DNA from: Podarcis filfolensis
Lineage: Eukaryota
Reading direction: 5' to 3' (one strand)
DNA: 64,000 nucleotides
NCBI GenBank assembly: GCA_964270895.1
Contig: OZ185440.1
Of the stretch, positions 50,821 through 62,984 are shown in pieces. Position 1 is the first letter of the stretch, and every line of letters starts with the position of its first letter. The translations under genes and the position numbers were made by a program. The notes beneath the pieces are model-generated. The model saw nothing but the letters and a program-made list of their open reading frames with translations. It ran no database searches and was not told the DNA's origin.

Positions 50821-51224
50821 GTTAGTAAGGCTGGATGTGGACAAGTACTTCGATTGGTCTGGGTGACCACTTACTCTCTGGACCCTTGCCCCCCTTTGGC
50901 AGGTAAAAACTAGCAAGGAGGAGGATAGCTGGCAGGACCAGTGAGGTGATTAATGCCTCCATGCGAGAGGGAATGGTAAAAAGGCAAGGGTAAAAAGCTG
51001 TGGTAAAACCTCTCTTCAAGAAATCCTCCGTGAATTCAGAAAACCTAAGTAATTGCCATTCAGTTTCCAATCTCCCCTTCTTGGGCAAGGTTCCTGAGCA
51101 GGTGGTCATGGACCAGATCCAGGTGCTCTTGGAGGAAACTGATTTTCTATACCCCATATCAACTGGGGTTTAGGTCCAGTTTTGGCTCAGAAACTGATTT
51201 GGTTGCCTTGTATGATGGCCTCTG
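50821..51224 (+). mobile_element. L2 LINE ORF2 (reverse transcriptase N-terminal region) degenerate fragment
   Basis: From 50997 it reads AVVKPLFKKSSVNSENLSNCHSVSNLPFLGKVPEQVVMDQIQVLLEETDFLYP, then a frameshift, then YQLGFRSSFGSETDLVALYDGL. This matches the RT pattern P.LKK...NYRPVS.LPFLGK...QSGFR...TETAL. Confidence 0.85.
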
Positions 51225-52548
51225 TTGTGTCATAAATCTTTCCTTTTGCTACACCAGTGTGCCACATTTTTTATCTGCAACAAAGAGGATTGCTACATGG
51301 CTGCTTTAAAGTTGGAATTGATAGAGCTGCACCTTAATGTACAAATAGCAAAACAAAAAAAACAAACCCGGGGTGACCTTTGTAAGAACAGAAGTACACA
51401 TGCTCCTGAATGTCTCTTTCTGCTCCTTTTCCACAGCATAATCGTATATTTGTCTCAGAAGTAGGTTCCATTGAATTTAGTGGGGACCTCTTCCCAGATA
51501 CATGACTTTAGGATTGCAGCCTCACATTGTTGTACACATGGGAGAGACCCCAGTTGCTTCGAAATGCATTAAGAACTTGAGCCTTAACTTTTGCCTCAAA
51601 AACTGTTGTGTTTTTTTGTTTGTTTCTTTTGTTTTCCCCCATAGTCGTTTTGTTCTTATTTGCCACTTCTAAATTGTCTGACTGGAACCCCTCAGCTACT
51701 GGATATTTTTAATCTGCATTGCAATGCTAGGATCTTTAAATTATAAACTGATGTCTTTCTGGGGAGAAATTTCTGGGCATGAAAGCGTGGGCTACATATA
51801 AATATTGGGGTCAGACATTCAATGGAGTGAATCTGCCGAGAACATAGCATATTCATTTGCATTGTTCTGTTTTTCAAGACAATATGTCCAGCTCTGGGTG
51901 AGCAAAATATCAAACAATAGCTTTTTAAACTGGACAGATATCCTTAGAGATGACATCTGCTGTGCTTCAGTTGTTGCACTGTTTCTGTATACCAAATTTG
52001 GTCTATATCTATAGACAATTTTCCAAGGGCTGTATAGCAATGGAAGGCAGGGCCAGAGGCTAAAGTTGACAGAGAAGTTAATGTCTCTTACCTGTGTTTG
52101 GTAGGCTGAATTCCAGCAAAGAAAAAGGCAGAGTTTTCTATACATAAACTCATTACAACAAATACACATATCTCCATTCAAACAAGAGGCATGATCACCT
52201 TTCAATGAAACTTTCCATTCAGGACAACCTGCTGAGGAACAGTGAGGGGTCATGGCCTTGGATACAGACCATGGCCTAAAGAGACTCCCCTGGGGCAGAA
52301 AGAAAGCCCAAAGGGCCAGATTTGGAGGGCCCATAGGGCAGAGGCTAACCATGCCCCCTAGGCACATGCACAGAGACACGTGAGTGGCAGCAGGCACAGA
52401 ATAGGGCAAATGTGTTGAACAGCACAACCGTGTCACTACTGAGAGGGGTAATGTGATGTTCTCTACTGAAGCTCACTTCTATGTATATAGCACTTGCATT
52501 TCATGCTCTGTGTTGTGATCTAACTACCTAATCTACTTGTTTGCACAG

Positions 52549-52678
52549 AATCGCATTGAAGTGAATAGTGGGGATTTGAGGATTTTAAAGTTAACAATGG
52601 AGGACTCTGGGATGTACCAGTGTGTAGGAGAGAACAAGCATGGCAGCATTTATGCAAGTGCTGAATTGGCTGTGCAAG
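52549..52678 (+). CDS. CNTN2: CNTN2 exon 10 (130 nt): [43 protein letters not shown]
   Basis: ttgcacag| ... caag|GTACGT; DSGMYQC motif. Confidence 0.97.
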
Positions 52679-53834
52679 GTACGTTCTGGATTTCTGTGAA
52701 TTGTCTGGGCAATACCGATATGCTTTAGAAAGGGGGTTATTTCTCCAGAAGTGAGCCCTGTGTGTTGAATGGGACTTGTTCACTAGTATTAATGCTTGGA
52801 TTTTAATCTTAAATATTGGCAGATTCCCTGTCTAAAAAGCAGTAAGATAATGGACTGGCCTAATACTTTGCCATATTGCTTCATGGTGAATTTCATTTTT
52901 AACATTTTATTTTCTTTAGTCCTGGAGGACTGCTGTTAACAGATTGTATTCTAGCAGTTTTAGTGGCAAGAAAAAGCTAAGAAAACTCAAACGGTTTTAA
53001 TTTGAAATGTCAACATCTGCTTAGGTTATGAGGCAATACAGTATTTACGGCCAATCTCAGTTGGTTTTTCTCAAAGATCAAGGCACTGTCGCAGCCAAGA
53101 CTGAAATATGCCTACATGCATAGTGAAACTAGCAGACTTTTTCATCCATATTGGTATGTGAATTCAGTCTGATGTAAGATGAATAGAGGTGAATTAAACT
53201 TCTCTAATTAGCCACAACATTTCCCCCTATATTGTTTTTTAGCACTATAGATTTTATTAACTGTGTGTATTTCTGGCTCATTTGCTTTGACAGGACTGAA
53301 CAGAAACCAGGCAGCTGCCCTTTTAGACATTGAACACACATTTCAATCAGTTTCAAATTCAATGACTTCTGGGGTTTTGAGTTTTGAAGTTCTGACTTTG
53401 AAATTACACTTGGAATCAGTAATCTTTCTGTTCAAAAATTAAGATGTAGCTATTTTGAAGTATTAATCAAGCTTAGGTTTTGACATTTTATTCTTCAAAG
53501 TGTTCAATTTCAGAATTTTGGGCTTCAGAGATCTGAACTTGCAGCATGCTGATTTTCACAGTGTAAAACACAATCACATTTGCATTTTGTTCAATGAATT
53601 GGAGGTTTGCGTAGTTAAATTTGTCTCACTTGGACTAAACACTGAGCCACCTCCCTGTTACAACATTACTTTAGGTGTCCAAGTAACAGACAGGCAACTT
53701 TATTTAACAGAAGCTGTGATATATGTTATCGTGTTACTTTTGCACTATTATAGAATCTACAGGAAGCTTGCCTTTATCATTCCCAGGGCTCAGCATTCGT
53801 AAAACCTACTTAATCATTCTATTTTCCCCTTTAG

Positions 53835-53985
53835 CCTTTGCTCCAGATTTTCGGCTAAACCCCGTGAGGCGACTAATACCAGCAGCTCGAGGCGGAGAAA
53901 TCATTATCCACTGCCAGCCAAGAGCTGCACCAAAGGCCATTATACTCTGGACCAAAGGGACTGAGCTTCTGAGCAATAGCTCCAG
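53835..53985 (+). CDS. CNTN2: CNTN2 exon 11 (151 nt): [50 protein letters not shown]
   Basis: cctttag| ... ccag|GTATGA; Ig5. Confidence 0.97.
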
Positions 53986-55164
53986 GTATGAGGACCCTTA
54001 AGCTAGTTCCTAGCTAAGACTAAGTAGCTTTGAGCATGCAGTCCCTTCTCAGTGCAACTATCCTGCTGGCTTCTGGTTAGCTTAAATTTATTGTGTGGAA
54101 CTGATCCCATGTGTGTTTACTTGGAAGGGTGTCCCGGTGTGTTCAGTGGGGTAAGTCTCCTTAGGATTGATCCTTCAGAAGCAGTATCTTCTTGCGTGGT
54201 GGCTCTGCTCTAAGCCCCTTGAATTGTTTTAGGGGGGCAGTGATATCTGTTGTCCAAATGGCAGCTTGACGGAAAAGTATGACTTGTGCAGGAATGTGAG
54301 AGGTTTTTATTCAGCACTTCAGTTGTACTAGGCGGCTTAGATTTTGGAGCACCACCTACATTTGCTATGAAAATCTAGCAAGCAAGAAGCAGTGTTGAAA
54401 CTGCGAAGGAGTGTCCTCCCTGCCACACAAGATGATTAGTGGTTAGAAGAGTGGTAGACAGTTGTCAATCCTTAAACAGCTTGTACAGAGAACAGTATCC
54501 CCAAAGGATTTGCACAGTGAAAATGTAGGCTTGAATCACATCACCTTCAGGCAGCTTGAGGCAGAAAAATGGCAACATCCTTTAAATAAGTGTATTTCAT
54601 ATGTGGGAGTATTCAGCTTTGCATGTATATCTTGTCCAATTATTTAAGAGTAAGGACATGTATTTCTTTTTGGTGAAAGTTAATCACAGCTACTGTTTGA
54701 TATCCTAGCCTGCTGATTTAAAACTTCCAAAAGTAACCAGAGTCGCTTGTTTGCTTGTAAAATAACATAGTTATCCAGTTGTTTGCTGCACCTTTAACTG
54801 CAGCCTGCATGTGAGACCCACCTCCACCTTTTGTATCATCTTTCTGCTATCAGGTGACCAGATGTAAGATAACCCCTAACAGGGGGCAGGACTTAGGATC
54901 CCGTTTTCCTCCCAGTAACCCTTTCTCCTTTATCTCCTAAAACAAAACTAAACAGAGCTGCCACGCTATCGCTGCAGCCCAGTGGCACCTCAGTCTTTGG
55001 AAGGTCAATGTTATACAACGTATTATTTCCAATACCTTTTAGCTGATGCATTTGACAGAATTCATCACTGCCTTCATGCTACATGTCCCGTGACAGGCAA
55101 GCGGGTCTGTAGTTGGCTGAATTATTCTCTCACTTTCTCCTGATGGGCTCTTCTTCCACTGCAG

Positions 55165-55292
55165 CATCACCATCACTCCAGATGGCACCTTGATCATTCG
55201 GAATATTAGCAAGTTAGATGAGGGCAAATACACCTGCTTCGCAGAGAATTTCATGGGCAAAGCAAACAGCACAGGAGTTCTCTCAGTTCGAG
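55165..55292 (+). CDS. CNTN2: CNTN2 exon 12 (128 nt): (S)[42 protein letters not shown]
   Basis: actgcag| ... cgag|GTAAGG. Confidence 0.97.
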
Positions 55293-56124
55293 GTAAGGGC
55301 ATTTTATTGCCACTGGGACCAAATGTAATAATGCAGAGATTCTCAAGCTTCCTACCCCCAGGGCCTACTCAAGAAGGCTGAAAATTACTGAGGCCCACAG
55401 TCACAAAATTCTCTTATTTCTCCCATAACAGGTCTCCTCAGTTATCCCCTTCCTTTTTATTTGCAGTTTGTGTTGTTGTTGTTTATCATTTTATCTTATT
55501 TTCTCATTTCCTTCAGCACTCCTCTGGCACTTTCCCCTCAGAAGAGGGAGCCCTTCCCTCTCTCCCACTAGCCTCAGACTTCTCTCTCTCCCACCATGCA
55601 AGGAATCATTGAGGCTGACCTTAGTCCAGCTGAAAGGCTGTTGCATAGCTAGGGGTGGGGTAGGCAAGTGAGGAAACACCGGGCAAGCTGTGGCACTGAG
55701 GCCATGTGGCGGGTCTCTGCGTGCTGTTTGAGAAACACTGCAATCATGGAAAGGTCAACAATACATTTTGCCATCATTTCTGCCCTGCAAGTACTACAGC
55801 AAGAGAAGAGTGTATTGCTAGTTCACTAAAGTAATTAAAGTGGGCTTTCCTTCCTTTCCAGCCACATTAAGCCCACAGTAAAAGATACAACTGGTTCAAG
55901 ATGACAGTGTTGCAGTCCTTCTCACTGATTTTTTGGGGATGGCAGAACCATAACTGAGGTGCTCTGGGCTTTCCTAGTTTATAGTTATTTTTCTTTCACC
56001 AGCAAATCTGCATTCAGAGACAGATGCCATTCGTCCTGTTCTGTGCCTGTGTTATGTTAATGAAAACTGATGCGCACAAACAACTATTGACAACTAACCA
56101 TCGACTCACCTGCTTGTTCTGCAG

Positions 56125-56300
56125 ATGCCACTAAAATCACCCTTGCACCATCCAGTGCTGACATTAATGTAGGTGAAAATATTACCCTTCAGTGCCGTGC
56201 CTCTCATGACCCAACAATGGACCTCACCTTTACTTGGTTCCTGGATGACTTTCTCATTGACTTTGTCAAGTCCGAAGGCCACTACAAGCGAGCTAGTACA
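56125..56300 (+). CDS. CNTN2: CNTN2 exon 13 (176 nt): [59 protein letters not shown]
   Basis: tctgcag| ... taca|GTGAGT; Ig6. Confidence 0.97.
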
Positions 56301-56532
56301 GTGAGTACTGCAAATCCCATGATGCCCTATAATTTCCAGAAAGGTGGTCACAATTCAAGGAGAACCAATTACACTTCTACCTTTTCATTGGGATGTCCTC
56401 TGATAGATCTCATCATTTGCCCACTGCTAACATGCTGCCTGATTTTCTGTTGCCTTTCTCCTCTTTTAAACTTGCATGCCGCAATTTCTCAGATTGGTTC
56501 TGACATTATTCCTATTGATTCTTCTATCATAG

Positions 56533-56653
56533 AAAGAGAACATTGGAGACCTTTTGATCTTGAACGCTCAGCTGAAACATGCTGGTCGATATACTTGCAC
56601 AGCTCAGACAGTGGTGGACAGTGCTTCTGAGTCAGCATTGCTGGTTGTAAGAG
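56533..56653 (+). CDS. CNTN2: CNTN2 exon 14 (121 nt): [40 protein letters not shown]
   Basis: atcatag| ... agag|GTAATT. Confidence 0.97.
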
Positions 56654-57563
56654 GTAATTTTTCCTGTCCCGCCACCCCACCATTTTTGCAGTGACAAGTC
56701 CAAACAAGTTGTCCCCTGCCTGCACTTGCTCCTGCTCCCACTCCCAGAAAGACAACCAACTTATATTCTCCACAAAACAGTATAAGAGCTGAATATTTAT
56801 CTTGCCACCCAGCTCACCCACTGGTCAAGCTACAGAGTAAAGTTGGCTCTATCTAGTAAGCCTGATGCCCTCCACATGTTTTAGGCTACAATGCCCATCA
56901 TTGAAGATAGTCCAAAGTATAGAGGGTTGGCAAAGGCTGATCTCATAGTAAGGGCTGCCCAGTTACATTTCATACAAATATACACATTCACATATAGAAT
57001 TGCATTCTAAAGCAAAAGAGAGAGATGGAACCTTTTTCTAACAAGGTGGAAAGGTTTACTTCATGCAGATCCTGAATTGTGGTGTGTTCCTACAAATCCT
57101 TCAATGGGGGCTGTGTGATGACAGCCTTACATTTCTCTGTATATAGGAAGATACTGAGGATCAGGGAAAGCCTTGGTAAAGAGGTATGTCTTCAATTGGT
57201 GGCAAAAACACCACACGATTGGTGCTCACCTAATCTCCATGGGAAGCCCAATCCATATGGCAGGTGCCACAATGGAGAAGTCCCTCCTCTGCACTGCCCC
57301 CCTAATAGGTCCTGGTACAATCAGGATGGCTCCATCTGCAGACTTCAATCTGTCAGGAGAAGATGTAGCTCTGAGTTGTTCAGGGCTTTATGTAGGAAAA
57401 TGGACATCTTAAATCTGGCTCAGTAACTAAACAGCAGCAAGCGCAGCTCCTTTAGCACAGGCATTATGTGCACATGTATCATGAAGCAAGATTCCTCTCT
57501 CTTAATGTTCTTCTACGTGGTTCTGGGATGTCATTATGTCTGTTGTTCTTCCCTTTTTGGTAG

Positions 57564-57722
57564 GTCCTCCAGGGCCACCTGGCGGGTTGGTGGTGAGGGA
57601 CATCAAGGACACCACTGTGCAGCTGAGCTGGAGCCGAGGCTTTGATAACCACAGCCCCATTGCCAAATATGTCATCCAGGCCCGCACTCCACTCTTCTCC
57701 AAGTGGAAGCAAGTGCGCACCA
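57564..57722 (+). CDS. CNTN2: CNTN2 exon 15 (159 nt): [53 protein letters not shown]
   Basis: ttggtag| ... acca|GTAAGT; FN3-1. Confidence 0.97.
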
Positions 57723-57837
57723 GTAAGTGTCTTGAGGGCAGTGGCCCACACGGAACAGGCTTCAGTAGGAGGCTTCGCTGTTATTCCTTTAGCACTGCTT
57801 GCTCTATTTGTTCTATTCTCATGCTTTTGGGTTATAG

Positions 57838-57987
57838 ATCCTGCAAATATTGAAGGTAATGCAGAGACGGCCCAAGTGGCCAACCTCATACCATGGATGG
57901 ATTATGAATTTCGGGTCCTGGCCAGCAACATCCTTGGAGTGGGAGAACCCAGTGTGCCTTCTACCAAGATCCGCACCAAAGAAGCTG
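57838..57987 (+). CDS. CNTN2: CNTN2 exon 16 (150 nt): [50 protein letters not shown]
   Basis: gttatag| ... gctg|GTGAGT; L.PW..YEFRV FN3 motif. Confidence 0.97.
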
Positions 57988-58294
57988 GTGAGTATACCAC
58001 CCGGTGGTGATGCAGGATAGAGTCTTCTGTCTGGTGGGCCCTGTGGTTATGAAACTCCCTCCCTGTAGAGCTGTAGCTGTTCCCCCACCTGATCAGCATT
58101 TTGGTGTCGTCTGAAAATGCCTTCTTACAAAATTGCTTCGCTCACCTGCTGTATTTATCTATCTTAGTGATCTTTTATTCTGAAACAGATTTTAACTCTT
58201 TAATTATTGTGCCTGTACTTTTGTTGTATGCTGTCCTGAGCTCCTTAGGGAAGAAAGGTGGGGTAAAAATGTAATAAGGTATTTTCCAAAGCCA

Positions 58295-58318
58295 GAAGAA
58301 GAAGAAGAAGAAGAAGAA

Positions 58319-58360
<42 letters not shown>
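58295..58360. repeat. (GAA)n tract, 22 triplets with one GAG interruption
   Basis: Direct reading. Confidence 0.95.
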
Positions 58361-58361
<1 letters not shown>

Positions 58362-58819
58362 TTGTTGTTGCATGGTGCTATCAGAATTCTTATAATGATG
58401 GAATGACTCACAGAAATTATTTTGATCCGGTGGTTGTCACAATCAATTGCTGCTTCAGCTTATGAACTTACAAGATACATGACCTTCACATTTTCATGAG
58501 GACTACAACATCTGATTTAAAAACTCCACAAAGTTTTTGTGGTGATTTATTGGGCCTTTTTTAAGTGCATGCATTCTTGGACTTCCTTAGACTTTCCAAA
58601 GTGATGTCCTTTAAATATTTTTTTAAAAATTGACACTCATATTTCACAGGTGAAAGTTCAGTGGGACAATCTACCTGAATCTCTGCTTCAATATACCTTC
58701 TTTATGATGTAGTTGATTGATTCTAATTATTGAAACGGTGCTTTTCTGCAGTATTGCTTGACTTTTGTTTTCCGATTTAACATGTCATCTTCTGCTTCTC
58801 TTTGGGGGGATCATTCCAG

Positions 58820-58890
58820 CCCCTACTGTTGCACCATCTGGGCTCAATGGAGGAGGAGGAGCACCTGGAGAACTCATCATTAACTGGGCG
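58820..58890 (+). CDS. CNTN2: CNTN2 exon 17 (71 nt): [24 protein letters not shown]
   Basis: attccag| ... ggcg|GTAAGC. Confidence 0.96.
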
Positions 58891-59374
58891 GTAAGCCAGC
58901 CACACAAAAGTGGGCAATTTCATTGCTGACAGGTCTCTGTTTTTCTTTGTGTTTCTTCTAGGAGTAGGCAAAATAATCACTGTGTGTTACGTGCGACAAA
59001 GCATGTTTGTTGTTCAGGAGCACAAATACATGGAAATAGTAGGGGTTGACAATGACCGCCGCTTTCTTTGGTTACAGCTTACCAGAGTTTGTCATAGCAT
59101 TGGGCAGGGATCCCGCCTTCAGGTAGTCCACCTGCTGGCTGATGTTGCCCCCCCAGTCCATGTTCTAGGGCAGATGTGCCACATGTGGCACCTCCACTGC
59201 TGGAAGGATCCTACCGCCTCCCAGGCCACTTCTGGTGCCAGCTCACCATTTCCCATCCCATTATGCAGATAAAGTAGTTAATAAAGAAGTTCAATTTGCA
59301 CGTGTTTGTAAAATAAATCTATCAATCGAGAGTAATATAGGCTTTTCTTTTCTATATAAAAAAAGATCCCTATT

Positions 59375-59376
<2 letters not shown>

Positions 59377-59415
<39 letters not shown>

Positions 59416-59755
59416 TAGCTCAGGTGGCTAACATCATAAAACTAAGACAGTATACAAAGAACATAAGAACATAAAAACAGGCAATCAATTAATTAAAATA
59501 CATCTTAAAATTAGTTCAGAGCAAATTAAAATCTGGACAGATGGCAGTCCATGGGTAAAATTGAGAGTGGTTAATATTCTCCAGGGTCAACTGTTACCAC
59601 TGGTCTTATAAAGGACCTGCGAGTGGGCTAGGAGGCCTCTTTAATGCTTGTTCTTATACAGAAATAAAAGAATCAGACTGAACCCCGACCAAAGACCTGG
59701 CGGAACAGGCCCTTGCAGGCTCTGCAGAAAGATGTCAAATCCCGCAAATCCTTTA
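59377..59755 (-). mobile_element. Probable antisense L2 3' fragment with (ACT)n tail
   Basis: (agt)n, then an A-rich 3' UTR complement, then aaagacctggcggaacaggcccttgcaggctctgcagaaag, which is L2-like. Confidence 0.5.
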
Positions 59756-60272
59756 AAGAAGGATCCAGGATTATTTCCATGTGAATAGTACTTTTCTTTT
59801 CTTTAAATAATTTTTATTAATTTTCCATTTAAACATATATAGTCACATCATTGTTATCCACTTAACATCTTTGGCTCTTTAGAGCCTATTGACTTCCTTC
59901 CCTCCCACCTCTTGGCTTTCAAAGGTAACCTTTATATCATAGCATTTTCCAATTCTAATATAACTCATTACAAAACACCTCAAAATTTAAATAAATGTAG
60001 AAAGGTAAAAAAATTCTCATTACAAGTCTTCAGATAACCTTACTAAGTACTTGTCATTTCTAGGAAGGATACTTGATTTTAAACTGCACTACCTGAGTCC
60101 AGATTTTACCTCCTTTTTGTTCTCTTCCTCATTTGTCCAGCTGGCATGTCACTGTTGCGTACATAAATCTGTATAAAGCATGTCATGTGTATGTGAAATC
60201 TGGATCCAGACCAATGTTGTGGAGTCTTTCTGTTTTGTTCCCCCCCTCAACTGGTCCCAACCTGCATTTCAG

Positions 60273-60507
60273 CCAATGCAACAGGAGTACCAAAATGGAG
60301 ATGGCTTTGGATATAGGCTCTCTTTTCGCAAAGAAGGCACTCAGGTGTGGAAGACAGCAAGCGTGCCCCATGCGGAATCCCTACATTATGTTTATCGCAA
60401 TGAGAGCATCGCACCCTATACTCCCTTTGAAGTGAAGATCAAGGCCTTCAACAGGAAGGGGGAGGGGCCAGAGAGCCTGGTCTCCATTGTGCATTCTGCG
60501 GAGGAAG
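60273..60507 (+). CDS. CNTN2: CNTN2 exon 18 (235 nt): [78 protein letters not shown]
   Basis: atttcag| ... gaag|GTAGGC; FN3-2. Confidence 0.97.
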
Positions 60508-60746
60508 GTAGGCTGGGATCGTAAGAGTGAATTGCATACTTCCGAGTATTGCTTCGGCTCAGTTCAATTTCCACCTGATGCTTCTCTCAAGAGCACCAGA
60601 TCAATAGCATTGCAAGAGTTGTTTCCTGCCTTGCCCTTTGACAGGAGGCCAAGTGTCTGGCTCCTGATCTTTGCGCCTTGCAGATATTTCTAGACTTGGA
60701 TTAGATTTGCCCATAATTCCAAGGTTTTGCTGTTGTATGTCCACAG

Positions 60747-60862
60747 AACCAAGAGTGGCTCCCTCTAACGTTACTCTCAAGGCAGTGTCGGCCACAGAAG
60801 CAGATTTTTCTTGGGATCCCGTGGAGCAACATGAAATGAACGGAGTCCTTTTGGGCTATGAG
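60747..60862 (+). CDS. CNTN2: CNTN2 exon 19 (116 nt): [39 protein letters not shown]
   Basis: tccacag| ... tgag|GTAAGA; FN3-3. Confidence 0.96.
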
Positions 60863-61123
60863 GTAAGAAGAAAGGGGAAGGAGTGGATCTGGAGCAAGGC
60901 TCAGGTTCAGAGACAACCCCACAAAAAGAAGCATTGGACTGGCATGGTGGCATCTCAGCAACTGTTTGCAGAGCCACCTCAGTTCAGTCCGATAACATAA
61001 CAGAATCTCCTCTTGCGGATAAGCTGATATGGGCTGCTCAGAGGAAATAGTCTTACTGCTGACTTAAAAATAAAACACTTCAGTGTCAAAGGAGCTCAGC
61101 TTGCCATGTGTCCCTGTCTTCAG

Positions 61124-61310
61124 ATCCGGTACTGGAAACATGGTGACAAAGAGGAGGCTGCTGACAGAGTGAGGACTGCGGGACTTGTCAACTCAGCACG
61201 TGTGACAGACCTCCAACCCAACACCAAGTATCGTGTGGCTGTCAGGGCTTACAACCGGGCTGGGACTGGGCCAGCCAGTCCTCCCACCAGTTTCATGACT
61301 ACTAAACCAC
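61124..61310 (+). CDS. CNTN2: CNTN2 exon 20 (187 nt): [62 protein letters not shown]
   Basis: tcttcag| ... ccac|GTGAGT. Confidence 0.97.
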
Positions 61311-62156
61311 GTGAGTGAGCATTAGCTGAACCTGCCTTTCTTCTCTGTAAATACTTCAGTCACCTCTGATATGTGTGTCTGTAGCTTACGATGCCTGTTT
61401 TTTTCTTTTTATTGCTGTGGGTTTTGTGCCTTATAATGTGTGTTGCATCTGCGATGATTTTATTTATTTCAACTTGCAAGCTGCTTTGGGTTTATCTTCT
61501 TGTACAGAAAAGAAGTATATACATTATATAGTGTTGGGGGGAGGGGGTTGTCTGTGTGTTGACTAAGGGTGTGCCCCAACCACAACATTTGCCTTGTATT
61601 CATAGCATTTGAAAGCAGCCTGATCTGTTTCAGATCCCTATCCATCTGATTTGATTTGTGAATTGGGTCCGAATCTGATGTGTTAAGTCCAAAGCTTTGT
61701 TTCACCCAATTTAATATCATGAAGAAGCTACAAATGACGTTAAACATTTTCCTCCCTTTTCACATATGTGGATGAAATTTGCAAGCAAACGAGTCCTTGC
61801 AGAGTAAATTTGGGCTGCCAAATTTCCGGCAGATCCATCCCAGAGTGGCTTCCTCTAACATTTGCAATTTGTCATTATTGAATGACACTCAAAATCTGAT
61901 GCCTTATGCATATGGCACACTGTGCCTTGTGGTAGAACTGGCCCTGAGAGGATTCCCTTTCCATTTACCAGAGTTAGAGCTGGAGAGGGAGGGGAGCAAA
62001 TTCTCCCTGTATCATCTTTATGGCAATGAGGGCTCAGTGTATTCTGTCCATGTACATCAGGGAGGAGAGACATTGGGAGAGGTAGCAAGAGAGCAATGGG
62101 GATGACTAAGAATTGAGGAGAAAAGAAGAAGGTAAGTAAGAAGGTGGGAGGAGAGA

Positions 62157-62340
62157 CATAGGGTGGTGCCTTATACTGACTCAGACCACTGGTCCATCTA
62201 GTTCAGTATTAGAAAATATTTACACTGACTGACAGCAGCTGTCCAGGGCTTCAGGCAGGAGTCCCAGCCTTACCTGAAGATGCCAGGGGTGGAACTTGGG
62301 ACCTTCTACATGCTCTGCCGCTGGTCTACAGCCCTTTCCC
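62157..62340 (-). mobile_element. tRNA-Ala-derived SINE
   Basis: ccttatactgactcagaccactggtccatctagttcag ... gaacttgggaccttctacatgc is the reverse complement of the family tail and head. Confidence 0.75.
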
Positions 62341-62352
62341 AAGAGGCTAGAA

Positions 62353-62655
62353 CAGGCATAGGCAGTGGCAGAGCTTCATACTCCCGCACTGGGGGGCGGA
62401 GAGCAGGTGGGGGCAGGACAGGCACGCATTCCAGGGGCATGGCGCAGCACCTGCAGAGGCATGGCGCCCAGCACAGGCGGGGGGGGGGAGCTGCGATGGC
62501 ACCCCACCGGGATCGCGCTGCCGGGGGTGGTGCGTTCCCCCCGCACTCCTCTTCCTCCACCAGTGGGCACAGGCAAACTCCAGCCCTCCAGATGTTTGGG
62601 ACTACAATTCCCATCATCCCTAGGTAACTGGAGGGCTGGAGTTTGCCTGTGCCTG
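62353..62655. mobile_element. Family A hAT MITE (internally deleted) carrying a nested GC-rich MITE
   Basis: Exact 8-bp TSD ggctagaa at 62345-62352 and 62656-62663. Confidence 0.88.
62363..62565. mobile_element. GC-rich hAT MITE (family B), nested
   Basis: Ends cagtggcagag / ctccaccagtg; near-TSD ggcatagg / ggcacagg; inverted homologue of 29367-29588. Confidence 0.85.
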
Positions 62656-62871
62656 GGCTAGAATGACTGAGGAGATGGGAGAAAGTGGAGCACAGGAGGA
62701 ATGGGTGGGAGAGAAGAGGGAATGCTCCCAGATTTGTAGAATGGGTAGCCAGATGGCAGGTGGGAGGAAGGGTTGTGTGGATTGGATTTCATCAGCCAAA
62801 GCATTGTCTGTAGGCCTCTATCTTGCTTTCTGTTGCTGTAGTAAAGATCTCTGCCATTTTGTATCCTCTAG

Positions 62872-62984
62872 CACCAAAAAGGCCACCAAGCAACATTTCC
62901 TGGAAGTTTTCCAGCACCAGCATTAGCATCAAGTGGGATCCTGTGGTCGCCAATTCAGATGAGTCCGCTGTCACTGGGTACAAG
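62872..62984 (+). CDS. CNTN2: CNTN2 exon 21 (113 nt): PPKRPPSNISWKFSSTSISIKWDPVVANSDESAVTGYK
   Basis: cctctag| ... caag|GTAACT; FN3-4. Confidence 0.96.

Noticed and set aside
51819-52436. 205-aa minus-strand ORF, the longest in the track
   Set aside because: Random, Cys/Leu/Ser-rich composition; no recognisable homology or exon signals.
49323-52548. U12-type (minor) intron suggested by the GTATCC donor
   Set aside because: The donor is GTATCCCA rather than GTATCCTT, is preceded by a U2-typical CAG, and there is no TCCTTAAC branch site near the acceptor.
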